From Callorhinchus milii (taxonomy: Eukaryota): a stretch of 64,000 nucleotides of DNA. Position 1 is the first letter of the stretch, and every line of letters starts with the position of its first letter. The stretch is from contig NW_024704748.1 of the NCBI RefSeq assembly GCF_018977255.1, forward strand, positions 18,166,001-18,230,000, given 5' to 3'. The position numbers and the translations under genes are program-made. The notes beneath the pieces were generated by a model. The model did no database searches, was not told where the DNA came from, and saw nothing but the letters and a program-made list of their open reading frames with translations. This document shows positions 9,791 to 21,783 of this stretch, one piece after another.

Positions 9791-12700
9791 TTACACACAA
9801 ACACCTGGATTCCGATGTCTAAAATGAAAATTAGATATTGTCATCTGAGCAAAACATTTTAATCACTAGGGGGAAAAAATTCAAAGTTACCAAACTGGAA
9901 ATAATTTCAAGCTGTCATTTGAGAGAAATCTTTGTAAATTCATCTTTACCATCTGGACAATCAAATTATTTTCTTTTGGCTGTTCCATTTTCTCCATATG
10001 CCGCTATTTAAAGAACAATCCTGTGCACGTCCAAAATCTTGCCACATTAATGTTTCCCAGTTACTTTCAGAATGGTTTACATTGAAGGTAAGATCAATGA
10101 ATAGCTGCTTCAAGTGAGATATTGATCCATGAGTATAATTCCAAATGTACTATTCTTATTCAATCCTTTTATATAAAAAATCTGACCCAGGCATAATCCC
10201 AATCCACATAGATTTTTTTTTGCAAATTAGTCACACATTTATTAGAATTCAAAGGTGGCTTTGTTCTCTACCTTCAAGCAAAGAACTTTCATTTCTGGTG
10301 GGAGGATATAAGAACATCTTAAAAGAAACAAAAAGAACTAAAGGCAGATTTGCATTCCTGAAGCTTCCAAGGTAAATTGAATGATTATTTTTAAACTGCA
10401 TGTTAGCCTGACCAATTTCCTATGGAAAAGTAAAAATTGAAACATAGCATGTGAGTCGATGGTGTGTGGTTTGTCTAAAAAAACAGATGATCACATTTTC
10501 AGATATTCTTTGTGCAAAATAACTATTTTCCATACATAATACAAATTCAATAAAACATTTTAATTATACCTGGAACTTTTCAAGTATTTCTGACAGTGTT
10601 CATGGTCATGTCTTGGACTGAGGTAACTCACCCTAAGATGGCCCTGACACCTTAACCTTAATCGTTTTCTTTCAAATATTGACTTGCTATGCATTTCCAG
10701 CATTTCTCGTTTGATTCAGATTTTCAGCTTTTGCAGTTTTCATTTTATTCCTGTAAATATTTTGTTCTCTGAAATACTGATGTCACTGGATATCAAGGGT
10801 AAGGCATGGATGGTAATTAGTAATTTATTAAGGAAGAAAGCAGAGGTTAGTCAATAGGAAAGAAAGGTTGACACGAGAGAGGTATTTAGTGGGATGCCTC
10901 ATGTGATCATGCTGTGTTCCTCTTGTTCCTTGAATAAGTCAATATTGTGGATTCACAGACTTAGTGCAAACTAGTTGCTTTTGCATTTAACACCATGCTT
11001 GGAGAACTGTGGAATCAAAGCAGGCAGCCAAGGACTAAGAATAGGGTTTGCACCCAAGTTGATCACTATTGAAATGAAGTTCTGGCACAGATGAATGCAA
11101 GGTACTATACACCGGAAGTAGAATGGGCTTGATAGGATTAAGTCTGCATTGAATCAATATGAAAATGCAGCTAGGAAGATTGATGAAGTGAGAGTCCCAA
11201 AGGTGGAAAAGTACTGACAAAAATTGAATAAGATACTTCGGTCTTATTGACATTAAGTTGAAAGAAGTAAAGGCTCATCCAGGAATTGACAGGCAATAGA
11301 TCGGAAAAGAAGCAGTCTTGGAATCAAGGATGGAGTTTGAGAAGTAGAACTGGGTGTCACCACCATACAAGTAGAAATTTTCCATTTATACATGGGGAAT
11401 ACGCCATTCTATGTTCAGCCAAACACAAATCTTCACCATCCAGTAGAATTATTTGTTGCTCAAAAATACAAATGGGCACAATTACCTACACCACAAAGCC
11501 GTTCAATTTAAGACATTCATTATTACTGCTATTTTCTGCAGGAAACAGCTTCTCACAAATAATAAACTGTGAAATTGAATCCAAACCTAAATTGAATTTA
11601 CACTGCTATGAATCTACATTGAACACAAAACAAACTAATAAGTTACATCAATGCAGCTTTATTAATTTGCATTTTCAGTTCTTTGCAATTGATGTAGCAC
11701 CTTATCCCATTGGAGTTCTGGACAACCCTCACTGTCAAAGCACATACATGAAGAATGGTCGCTTGACAAGTTAAAAGAGGAAAATAGTTTACACAATGAG
11801 TAAGTTTTGAGGAAAGGTACACAGAACTTAGCTTGCAATCATTAGAGAAAAGAAAATGCAGGGGAATATCTAGACCTTTATAATGATGAGCGCCATAGAT
11901 AAGGCAGGTAAGGCATTGTCAGACTGCGCCACTGTGAAGCATTCCAGGATGCTACCCCTCGTGAAGGGTGCTATATAAATGCAAGTTGTCGTCATCTAGG
12001 TTGTTTGGTTTAGTTTATGAAAGCTCAACTAGAGCACATAGGTTTAAAATTAAAATTTCTCAAGGGCTGGAGGCTAGAAGCCAGTTCTTTACTCCAGTGG
12101 TGGAATTGTTGGAACAGATTCTCCAAAGCAGTTGATTTTGTGTTGATTAATCCTTAAAAAAACTGCATAACTATTTGCTTGACAACAGGGATAGGTGGAG
12201 ATTGAAATGAACAAATAAATGAATTCTGCGCCCTTCAGGTATCGGTCAGGGAGGAAGGGGAACAATATATTGTGTGAAAGAAGGTAAAGTCAGGGGGTGT
12301 ATAGCTTTGCTTGATTTTATTTTGATTTTAGTTTGGAGTTCAGGAAGTAACTATACAATACTTTCTCCAGGTAAGAATGAGTGCTGGTGAAGTCAGTGGT
12401 AGACTTTCTGTGGTTTGTAAAAGAGCAGGCTTAATGTCCATATAGCATTTCTCATTCTTTACAGTGTCCTTGTTGTAGGAAAACAATTCTGCTGCATCTG
12501 ACATACACTCCTAAATGATGTTTGAATCAATAATATGCTTCATCTATTTTGTCAGAATTCATAAGAACTTCTTAGATGTTTTAGTTGACATCTCCTGCTT
12601 TTCATTGCCTTTCACATCAAAGTAAGATTTTTATTATTAAAAAAATGAACATTTGTAAAAGCGTAATCAGAAATCTTCTCCACACTGCATGTCAAATTTC

Positions 12701-15670
12701 CACATCCCATAGTGTTGTTTGAATTTAATTACTTTTCCTAATTGCAAAGTACTACATAATGCAAAAAATCAGTCTATCATTCAATTGATTCAGCAAAATA
12801 GAATTAATATTATTTTTTTCTGTAAAGAATCATTTAAATAAACAACTTTTGGAAAGTATATCATTATGCATTTCATGCTGACCTAAAACAAAAAGATCCG
12901 TTGAACAATCAATATGCCATTGAGGTTTAATAATGTTTTTCACAGATCCTTTATATAGTAGATAGGATGGCTACCTTTTGCTGAGATCAAAACCAAATAG
13001 GATTAATACTGTGTGTTTCTACAGTTTGCGCTTCTAATAATTAAAATGGACTCAATATTTTAATAAACGGAATCATTTCATCAAAAGTAAACTGAGGAAA
13101 AAATAATATATTTTAAAATGGTACACTGAGAAACAAACTGTTCATTCCAAAGCCTGCCATATCTCCAACGTACAAAGGCAGTGTATTCTAAACAAACTGG
13201 TGGTCTATGTGCAGAATATCACTGTAATGTAACAGGCAAATTAACTCTAAATTAATAGGTTATTTGGTACAGAGTACAAACCAGAGTTTATCAAGCACAC
13301 AATATTTCCTCCAATATTATATATGCTGTATTAGATAAAGAGAATTCTTCTCAGCTTCTGGGGTACTCTCCTTTAATAAGAGAAATTTCTAGACAGCAAA
13401 ATAGCAAGTCGTTTTATCACACGCTAAGCACTAAAACTAGTAATTTTCTTATTATTTGTTAATATTGGGCTTTCCGATCATAAACAACTGTTAGCAAATG
13501 CTGGATGATGAACTCGATATATAACTACTATACCTCAAATAAATTTTAAATTCCAGAAGACATCTTCTATTCTAACAGGAAGGAGGTAGAATTTTGAGAA
13601 AGGCAAATGTGAAATGCTCAGGATGATCCTGTTTTTCACAGTAACTCACTGCACAAACTTCAATACAAATTGGGGTTGAGCAACACCATTTTAAAGGCAA
13701 CTGCAGTCAATTGATTTGGACTTCTGCGGTGCAATTGATGCCGACATGACATGTGAATCTGTACAAAAATGGTGTGAGAAAGCCAGAGCTTGCATTTTTA
13801 AAAGTACCTTATCATCTCAAAATGCTTTGCATGTGATTACTACTCAGTGTATTGACTTCCTTTTTTTGCAAACAGAAACTAACATCTAATATACGTGTAC
13901 TGTACTTGATTGCAATTCAACCCAATCTCCAGTCACTGCTCACACTTCATCTCCTTTGCTAGAATATGGGTAATAGGGTGCAAAAATAGTCTGTGCTGCT
14001 CCCTCTGGTGTCCACATCTAAAGTAGCATTAGCAAAGAACAAAGTAATATAGTGGCCATTTAAATGTGAATGTTCTCTTTATTACACAATCATCGTAGAA
14101 TCTGAAGCATTTTAATCTGCTAAGACATTTTATTTTATTGCGACTGCAATCTTCAAAAGGTTGAAAGGCCATTATTCCAGTAATTGATACACTGCTTTGA
14201 AAAACACAACTGTACTGCAGTCATAGTTGAAAGTTACACAATGTACAGGAATACAGAACAAAAATAGAAAAATACAGTAGGTATAGTACATATCAGTTCC
14301 AGTACCCGAGACTGTTCCTGATAGGTTATAGCTCAAAGAAATAACAATTAAAACATTTTGTACAAAAGCTAATTTGATTTTTTTTTACTAACTGCTACTA
14401 TTTCAATAGTTGATATAGAAGCAGCTTTGTTCAATAATTATTAAGCATTATTGCAAGATTCTAAATCCTCATTGCCTAACAAAATGAATAAATCATTAAA
14501 ATAACTGTTTTCCCTTGTACCATATGGCATTTTACTATGAGCTCCAGTCACATAACCGTTGGACTGGAAGCTGTTGTGGTAGAATATCTCCCACTAAAAC
14601 TAAAAAAGCTTGTTATAATTAAACACATTAACAAATGAACTCTCCATGAAAATATATATCAGTTATATCAACTCTGTATTCCCTTATACATAAATGCCCA
14701 AGTATTTTTGATTAGGCACAATATTGGAATTCCAACTCTGGTACAGGAATGGAAAGTACAAGCATGATTCTGTGTACATGGGTCACTCGGTTTAGATCCC
14801 AGTCTTAACCACACACCAGCGTGAAAGTAAAATGTATCCAGGCATCACAAATTCCAAAACAATTCATTCCTCTTTTGCTGTTTAATACAGTGAGAAGAAA
14901 CTGTTGACGAACTAAGCATTCACTTGGTTTACAAATCTCAAATTTTATTTACACAACATAATTCAAGAATAATCGCTCAACTATCAATTTGTTTTCATTG
15001 ATTATTCAGTTTACAAAACATTTATACTACAGAATCCGTTCACAGCAGTTTTGCCATTTGTAGGTTTCAAAACAGGATTTTGTAAAACTGCTATGAATTA
15101 TGTCTGGTAAACATAATATGTCTAATGTGGAAAATGTTACACAATAACCATTGTAGTTTGTCAGATTTTATTGGCGTGTGTGTGTGGGGAAGAATTATTT
15201 CAATACAAATTTTTTATTTTTTTTCCCCAAAATGGAAGAAAATGAATTCACATTTTTATAGTAATTTTAAACTTCAAAGGTGGCCAACTTCCAGGTTATA
15301 GGGTCACCATAGGATGGATGTCACTGTGTGGGCACTGCACATTCTTAGGTAGTGATGTTATGATTTTTGCTGACAAAAAAGAAAATCACTACAAAATTAA
15401 ACTAAAAACAATGAAAACCGACAACTTTACACATAATAGACCAAGTTGGATTCCACACATTATGTACTTGGAATATTAAATGTGGTAGAGATTTTGAGTT
15501 TGTGGCTTTCTGTAACCATTGATTACTTCTTCGACATCCTATGAAATGCTTCAGGTGTATGTTCAATACAGATAGTACATGGCATCTTCTGAACTTTACC
15601 AACCATCAGAAAAGTCTTCAATATATGTTACTAGCACTGTCAGTGATTTGAGAGATTTCCAAAATCAATT

Positions 15671-15907
15671 TTATTCCTCCGCTTTCTTCTTACTCTTGAC
15701 GGACTTGGCCGGGTTTGAAGTTGTAGAGGGCTTTGAGGTTTTAGCTTTTGTAGGAATCACTTTGGACACAGCTCGTTTTGCACTTGTTCTTCCTTTCTGT
15801 TTCATGCGAACAAGGTCTTCATGTCCTGCCTCAATCATTTGCTCCTCCCAGGACTTAATTTCATTCTGATAACGGATTTTGTCATCCTCAGCTAACTGTG
15901 TGTACAT
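15671..15907 (-). CDS. TFAM: Mitochondrial transcription factor A, exon 7 (last; end of HMG box B and C-terminal tail)
   Basis: [24 protein letters not shown]...KKKAEE*. Acceptor ttttctag. Confidence 0.97.
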   Translation of the reverse strand: MYTQLAEDDKIRYQNEIKSWEEQMIEAGHEDLVRMKQKGRTSAKRAVSKVIPTKAKTSKPSTTSNPAKSVKSKKKAEE

Positions 15908-16745
15908 CTAGAAAAGTAATAGATGGCTTGATTTCATTCCTTTTTGATATTTTGAGACATTATTTTTGAACTAAAAGAAAGTTATAAAAAGTAGCTCATG
16001 CACCTTTCTCAATTTAAAATAATGCTCTGTCTTTCTTTTTAAGCCATACCCTTTAAGATGGCGTTATAGACCACAACCAACCAACCATTCACCCACTTCA
16101 ATTTGGAAGCTGGAATGTTCAATGCAAGGACGTTTCCAGGACTGCTTCAATACCATTTCTGACTTTCCAGCAGAAGCCAAAGCTTCTGTTGGACCAGTCA
16201 AAAGACAATTCTGTTTCGGTCTTTCCGTCCTCTCCCCAATTCACCCACCTAGAGAAACATTTATTTCATAGGATTCTATCCAGTGATCCAGCCAAAATTT
16301 TTATAAGATCTTGGCAGAGGTAAAGAGGCTGGAAAGATTTGATGCCCTCCAGTTGCAATCAAGTGCTTTTCCCCCAGAGATACATACAACAATGGGTTCC
16401 CTTAATACAAACATCAGCGAATAGCTAAATTCAGTCATGGCTAATTAGAATACCAGATCACTATGGTTTGTATACCACAGAAGATATTTGGGTTATAGTG
16501 GGCACTGTAAAAAAATTTCATTGCGATAATTCTAAAGAACCAAACAAATGGGGCTGCGCAATTCCTAAAATTATTAATAAATGCTCATTAAACAGGGAAT
16601 AAAAGTAGAATTTTAATTTGTGAAAGAAAGCAGAAAGCAAAAATTGCTGTGAAACTTAAAATTCCGATGTTGATTAAATCAGAGTGAATTGAGAATGAAG
16701 TATAGTACTATTGTTGTCATCATTTATGTCAAAAGCTACACCAAC

Positions 16746-16802
16746 CTTTTTTTGTGATTCAGGTAGACGGTGCCATTCATCCTGCAGGTTCTTCAGTTTA
16801 GC
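16746..16802 (-). CDS. TFAM: TFAM exon 6 (57 bp)
   Basis: AKLKNLQDEWHRLPESQKK. Acceptor ttttttag, donor AAG|GTTGGT. Length matches human exon 6 as I recall it. Confidence 0.93.
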
Positions 16803-17461
16803 CTAAAAAATAAATTTTAGAAAGGATGAACTAAATGTAATTAGGAATCAAAACAGTCCCATTTAGGTGCAGGTGTCAGATGTACTAATTATGTTACTGT
16901 GCTAGGCCATTAAATCAGTTAAACAGGAAATGGTCTCAACAAAAAAATGTTATGGCAAAAATATACACTGTAAAACATCTAGTTAATAAATGAAGGTAAT
17001 CACTCTTCTTTAAAGAGAAACCTTTGCCGTTGGTTTCCAAATGTAATATAAATATAGCAGCCCATTTCAGAAAAGGCAGATTCTACTGGATGGATATTCA
17101 TCCACATTTATGTGCCACAGAGACAGACTCCATACAAAGAGCACAATGCAGAACAAAAATTTAATGGGCATATTTGTCTTGTTTGCAATCTTCCAGTCCG
17201 CAGAATATGGTATATGAGCAAACAAATCCAGTATAAATAATTGGTCTGTGAGCAACGGTTAACCCCTCAGGCACACAATCAACAAAAACTGATTAACATC
17301 AGCAAAATTTCCTCAAGTTGCAAACATTTCTAGTCAGTTTTATACAACTACCGGTTTATAAAATTGGTATTAACAAATTCTATACATAAACTCTAAATAG
17401 TCATTACTGTCAAGCATACCAATCTTTGGCAAGCGACTTGATTACTTTGTGTCATTTTTAC

Positions 17462-17557
17462 CTGTACAGTAGAGCCTTTGGCTTCGTCAAAGTGTTCAGA
17501 CATGAAGATATTAAAAGCTGTTCGGGATCTTTTGGGTTTACCCAACATGGTAAGCTT
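17462..17557 (-). CDS. TFAM: TFAM exon 5 (96 bp)
   Basis: KLTMLGKPKRSRTAFNIFMSEHFDEAKGSTVQ. AG/GT flanks, phase 0. Confidence 0.96.
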
Positions 17558-18159
17558 CTGCATACAAAATAAAACAATGCTTCAGATAGGTTTTAGATTT
17601 TTAAATTTTTTTTTAGGGTTATTTAAAAATATTTTAGGGTTATTTCCAGACCATTTAAAATGCTGAGCTCAAATGTAACAGATGATAAAGTGAGAAAACA
17701 GAGTGTAAGTGTTAGTCAAGACTGGAATTTAAACTGTTTAGTGACTTTAATTGGGAGTTCAACTTCTGTAGTTTACTGACCAGATTGTCCATAGAAAGGC
17801 ACTTTCATCAAAAACGGCACTTACTAAATAGATTAGTAACATATACTTTGAATAATTTAAAACTCCTAAATATAGTAGAACCCCATTATAATGCACTTTG
17901 TTATAATGTGGATTTGCTCAAAGAGCATTTGGGACATGGTCCCTGATACTTATTTACACATAAAAATCTAAAATGTGCATGCTTGCTCCATGAAGAGATG
18001 ATTTAATGGCCATTTGGCATCCCATGTCAAAAAATGGCCAAAATTTGAACCACTGCGCATTAAAGTGCCAACGAAGCAGGTTGTCTTTCTGTGCACAAGT
18101 TAATGTAGAAGCACCAGCCAGTGGTTGAGATTTACCTGCTATAATGCAGCACTACCAAT

Positions 18160-18663
18160 GTGTTACTCTCGCGCACCAGGCTACGCGACCCCATCACTCC
18201 CACCTTCGCCCAACTCCACTGGCTCCCCACCCCGTAGAGGAACGAGTTCAAGATGCTCATCCTCATTTTCAAGGCCATCCATGGCCTTATCCCCTCCTAC
18301 GTCTCTGACCTGCTGATTCCCTACCAACCTGCCCGCTCCCTCCGTTCAGCGGGCTCCGGTCTGCTCCATGACTCTCCCCCGACCCACCCTACCATCAGTG
18401 GCCAGGTTTTCAGCCTCTCTGGCGCCACACTATGGAACTCCATCCCACGGTCCCTTTGCCTCGCTTTCTCCCTTGCCTCCTTCAAGGCCGGTCTCAAGAC
18501 TCTTCTCTTTGATCGTGCCTTTGGTCGCCCTCCCACCTCTCTTCCTTCCCTCACCCCTACATCACTCCTCCCCCATGCTCGGGCCCCGACACCTGACTGT
18601 TCAGCACTTCGGAACGTCCTCCTGACTTGAAAGGTACTCAATACATGTAATTTTGTTGTTGTT
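18160..18663 (+). mobile_element. L2-type LINE 3' fragment
   Basis: Encodes ITPTFAQLHWLP...FKMLILIFKAIHGLIPSYVSDLL...LWNSIP...FKAGLKTLLF and ends in (ttg)n. Confidence 0.9.
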
Positions 18664-19117
18664 ACTGAACACTTGTATTTTTTCAATGATTTGGGCACTT
18701 TACAAAGCTCAAATTCATATTGATTGAACATGTATTGATATGTTATTGGCTGAATTTGCTTTCTTAATAAAAGGCTTGGGAATTGGGAATCACAGGAAAA
18801 TTTCCTTGGATAACAATTTGCACTCCTTGGAAAATACCAGATACATATTTATAGACCATGAAGAATGTTGTACTTATGCATTTGACGCATTGAAAACAAT
18901 TACTTTAATGAGTTAAAAAACAAGGATTTACAGCTTTAAATAAACTGAAATGGAGAAGTATTGATTCATAAATAATTGGTCATAGTTGTACTCATTAAAA
19001 CCTTCAAGTGTCTTCTCCTATCCCTATATCAAAAAGTAGCACAATTCATTTACTCCTGTTATTGTACCCTGGACATGTTAAGATTGATCTGGCATATGTT
19101 ACCAATTTAATGCTCAC

Positions 19118-19267
19118 CCGCTTTTGCCTCATTATTCTCCGTCTGGTCAGTTTTTTTCTCTTTTCTTCTTTGAAGATGGCCAATTCTGTTGGAGTGTGAT
19201 TGGCTTTGAATGTTGCCACTTCTTCCTTATACTTTAATTTCCCTTCATTTGCAGCAATTTCATATGG
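19118..19267 (-). CDS. TFAM: TFAM exon 4 (150 bp)
   Basis: PYEIAANEGKLKYKEEVATFKANHTPTELAIFKEEKRKKLTRRRIMRQKR. Acceptor ttccag, donor CGG|GTGAG. Confidence 0.95.
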
Positions 19268-19964
19268 CTGGAAGAAAATAATGTAAATACTTATTCAAAA
19301 ATATTTCAGGCAACAGATAAAACTAATGCTAAGAAACTTTGGCTTAACAAATTTTTCACCTCTGCACTGTTTTACTCTATTCTCTTTAATATCTGTAAAC
19401 GTATTCTAATAAAACCACCCTTTTTTGACCTTTCAAGTACTCTAGTTTCTCAATAACAATTTTCTTAATTAAACTAAAACAGATCACCTACCACTGTAGA
19501 CTCCCACTTGTTTGTACTGCCATTGTCTACTTGAATAATTGTTGAAAAACAAATATTCTAGAAGCGCCACCACAACATCACTCAGTCTTGTGCCCCTCTG
19601 AAGTAAGAGGTCTCATTCTTTAGACTCGTCTGAGTATGTCTGTGTATGGTGTCACTGTTGGGTGTATGTAGAGGACAGTAAACCTAACATGCTGTGTGAG
19701 AAATGCATTGCTTAATTCCAATTAAGTTGCTTAAAAAGAATAGAATTAAGACTTTTTCACAAAGCACTCACTAACCAACCAATAAATTTGGCACTTATAA
19801 TTCCTGACCGCAAAAAGATTTTAGGATTACGTTTGAATATCAATATATGAAGGGTGTAATTAAAGTTTCAGTTTTTCCTTCAACAATCCATATCTAAAGA
19901 AAACACACAAGAGCTTCACTGTACCCCATTACTCCTGAGCACCTACAATTAAGAAAGTTCTTAC

Positions 19965-20035
19965 CTGTTTTTGTTCTGGTGTTAAGTGTCTCCATGCCTG
20001 AGCAATCTTCTTTGTTTTTTCTACTATTTTTAAAT
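19965..20035 (-). CDS. TFAM: TFAM exon 3 (71 bp)
   Basis: DLKIVEKTKKIAQAWRHLTPEQKQ. Acceptor tttacag, donor CAG|GTAAG. Confidence 0.95.
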
Positions 20036-20357
20036 CTGTAAAGAGGTAATGGGTATTCTAAAACATGATGCTGCTTCCAACACAAAATTCCCACTGAAGT
20101 TACCCTGATCGAATGGCAAAATTCCAATTACAGAAATCAAGAAAAATTGAATATCTGGTGCATGTTGTAAGGCACAGAGAAACAGAGTGTTGTAAGGCCA
20201 GTTCAACAATTGATCCAGAAAAGGCCAGCACTAACATAGCTCAACTTGGTGATCATAAAATACAAAATAAGACCTGAGTACACATACTGTAAGTATGATA
20301 ACCTAAAATTATAGCTTTCCTTCACTGCCAACTCGATCTGCATTTGGATTATCTTAC

Positions 20358-20491
20358 CTGGAGCCTGACGCAATAACACACGATGCTGCTCCACAACATA
20401 GCGCAGGTAAGCAGACATTGGGCGCTTTGGAGGTGTCACGGAGCCTCTCTCCAGTGAAAACATTCGAAGTGCTGAGCACACATTGCTGGAA
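20358..20491 (-). CDS. TFAM: TFAM exon 2 (start of HMG box A)
   Basis: SSNVCSALRMFSLERGSVTPPKRPMSAYLRYVVEQHRVLLRQAP. Acceptor tttctcatcag, donor CAG|GTAAG. Confidence 0.93.
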
Positions 20492-20754
20492 CTGATGAGA
20501 AAGAAAATTCTGTAAAGAAATATATTCTCTCGAACGTCACAATACTATGTGTGTGGTCAAAATTTTAAGTCAGAAAATGTGCTTTTTGTTTGGATGAATA
20601 CCAAATTTTAGGAAGGTATGGAGTTACTTCCTGTGTTCTGGCAAAAAAGCCCCCAAATAAAATTGGTCATACATTTCATGTGGGATATTGCTGTGCTCAA
20701 TTTAGCTGTTGCATTGGCCTACAAAACACAACACACACTTTACATGTGTACTGG

Positions 20755-20900
20755 ATCCATTCAAATTTTCAAGCCTGAGGTGGATAGATTTTTGTTAAGT
20801 CAGGCTATCAGAGGAGACGGGGCAAAGGAAGATATTTGGAGTTGAGGAAGACCAGTGGAACAGGCTCGAGGGGCTGAATGGCCTACTCCTGTTCCTAACG
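20755..20900 (+). mobile_element. CR1-type LINE 3' end (shark HER1/HE1-like tail)
   Basis: 'ggaacaggctcgaggggctgaatggcctactcctgttccta'. The same tail occurs at about 60040-60135. Confidence 0.7.
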
Positions 20901-20939
20901 TACAGCCAACAAAGCGTTTTGAGACATCCTGCAAACATG

Positions 20940-21072
20940 AAAGAACTTTCTTTTCGACCGCGCCTTTGGTCACCTCCCACCCCCGGCTCGGTCCTGGGAT
21001 CCGTTACTGTGAAGCGCTCGGAGACGCCGTCCGGCACGTGGAGGGCGCTGCATAAATCCAAGTTGTTGTTGT
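20940..21072 (+). mobile_element. Short L2-type LINE 3' end
   Basis: Close reverse-complement match to 9394-9540. Ends in (gtt)n. Confidence 0.85.
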
Positions 21073-21369
21073 CATGAAAGAAACTACATTGAGCGCTTAC
21101 GACTGTATTATCTTCAGTAAGTTAACGGTAACATGTCACATATCAGTTAACTTGAGGGGGGGGGGGGGGATTCACAAAGGAGCTCTGGCGGGTGCAGAAG
21201 GGAATATGGAGACACAGAATCACTGCAGGAACAGAGTGGGTTTGCACTGCATGAACAACATTACAGCAGAGCCGAGACCGAGACCCGTTCCCATTCCCGC
21301 GTTTCACGTCTCACAGTGACAATAGAGGGAGTTAGTGGCAGTGACCGCGTGTCAGACAACAGCCGTGAG

Positions 21370-21524
21370 CCCAGGCCCGGCCCCCGGCCCAGGCCCCCCC
21401 CGGCCCGGCCCCCCCCCCGGCCCAGCCCCCCCCGGCCCGGGCCCCCCCCGGCCCAGGCCCCCCCCGGCCCAGGCCCCCCGGGCCCCCCCGGCCCGGCCCG
21501 GCCCCCCCGGCCCGGCCCCCGGGC
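21370..21524. repeat. (GGCCC)n-like GC-rich repeat in TFAM intron 1
   Basis: Iterated ggcccccccc/ggcccggccc units directly after the exon 1 donor. Confidence 0.9.
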
Positions 21525-21544
21525 AGCGCTTACACTGCACCAAC

Positions 21545-21621
21545 CTGAGCGCGGCCCGGCAGCTGCACAGCCCCAGCCTTTTACTGAGCACAGCGGCACC
21601 AAAGGACAGGAAGGACGCCAT
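21545..21621 (-). CDS. TFAM: TFAM exon 1 (mitochondrial targeting peptide)
   Basis: MASFLSFGAAVLSKRLGLCSCRAAL(S). Only the phase-2 donor CTCAG|GTTGGT keeps frame with exon 2. Joined CDS is 822 nt (273 aa + stop). Confidence 0.85.
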
Positions 21622-21715
21622 TCCGCTCCTCACTATCACTATCAGCAGCAACAACAACACCGCTACCTTCAGCTCTATTACCGTTCCCGCCCCCGGGGCT
21701 GAGCTGAGCTGCACA

Positions 21716-21725
21716 GCGCAGGCGC
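21716..21725 (-). promoter_or_regulatory. NRF-1 site in the TFAM promoter
   Basis: GCGCCTGCGC on the minus strand about 95 bp upstream of the ATG. Fits the NRF-1 consensus (YGCGCAYGCGCR-like); TFAM is a classical NRF-1 target. Confidence 0.7.
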
Positions 21726-21783
21726 CAACACAACCGGCCTTTGTTTACCGCGCTGAGGATCATGGGACAAGGTCACCGTCTGC

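Noticed and set aside
16445-16502. Weak hairpin in TFAM intron 6 (possible miRNA)
   Set aside because: Short imperfect stem and no recognisable mature miRNA.
21581-21763. ATG-initiated 60-aa ORF overlapping the TFAM start out of frame
   Set aside because: Its ATG is upstream of the NRF-1 site and so probably upstream of the TSS. No homology.
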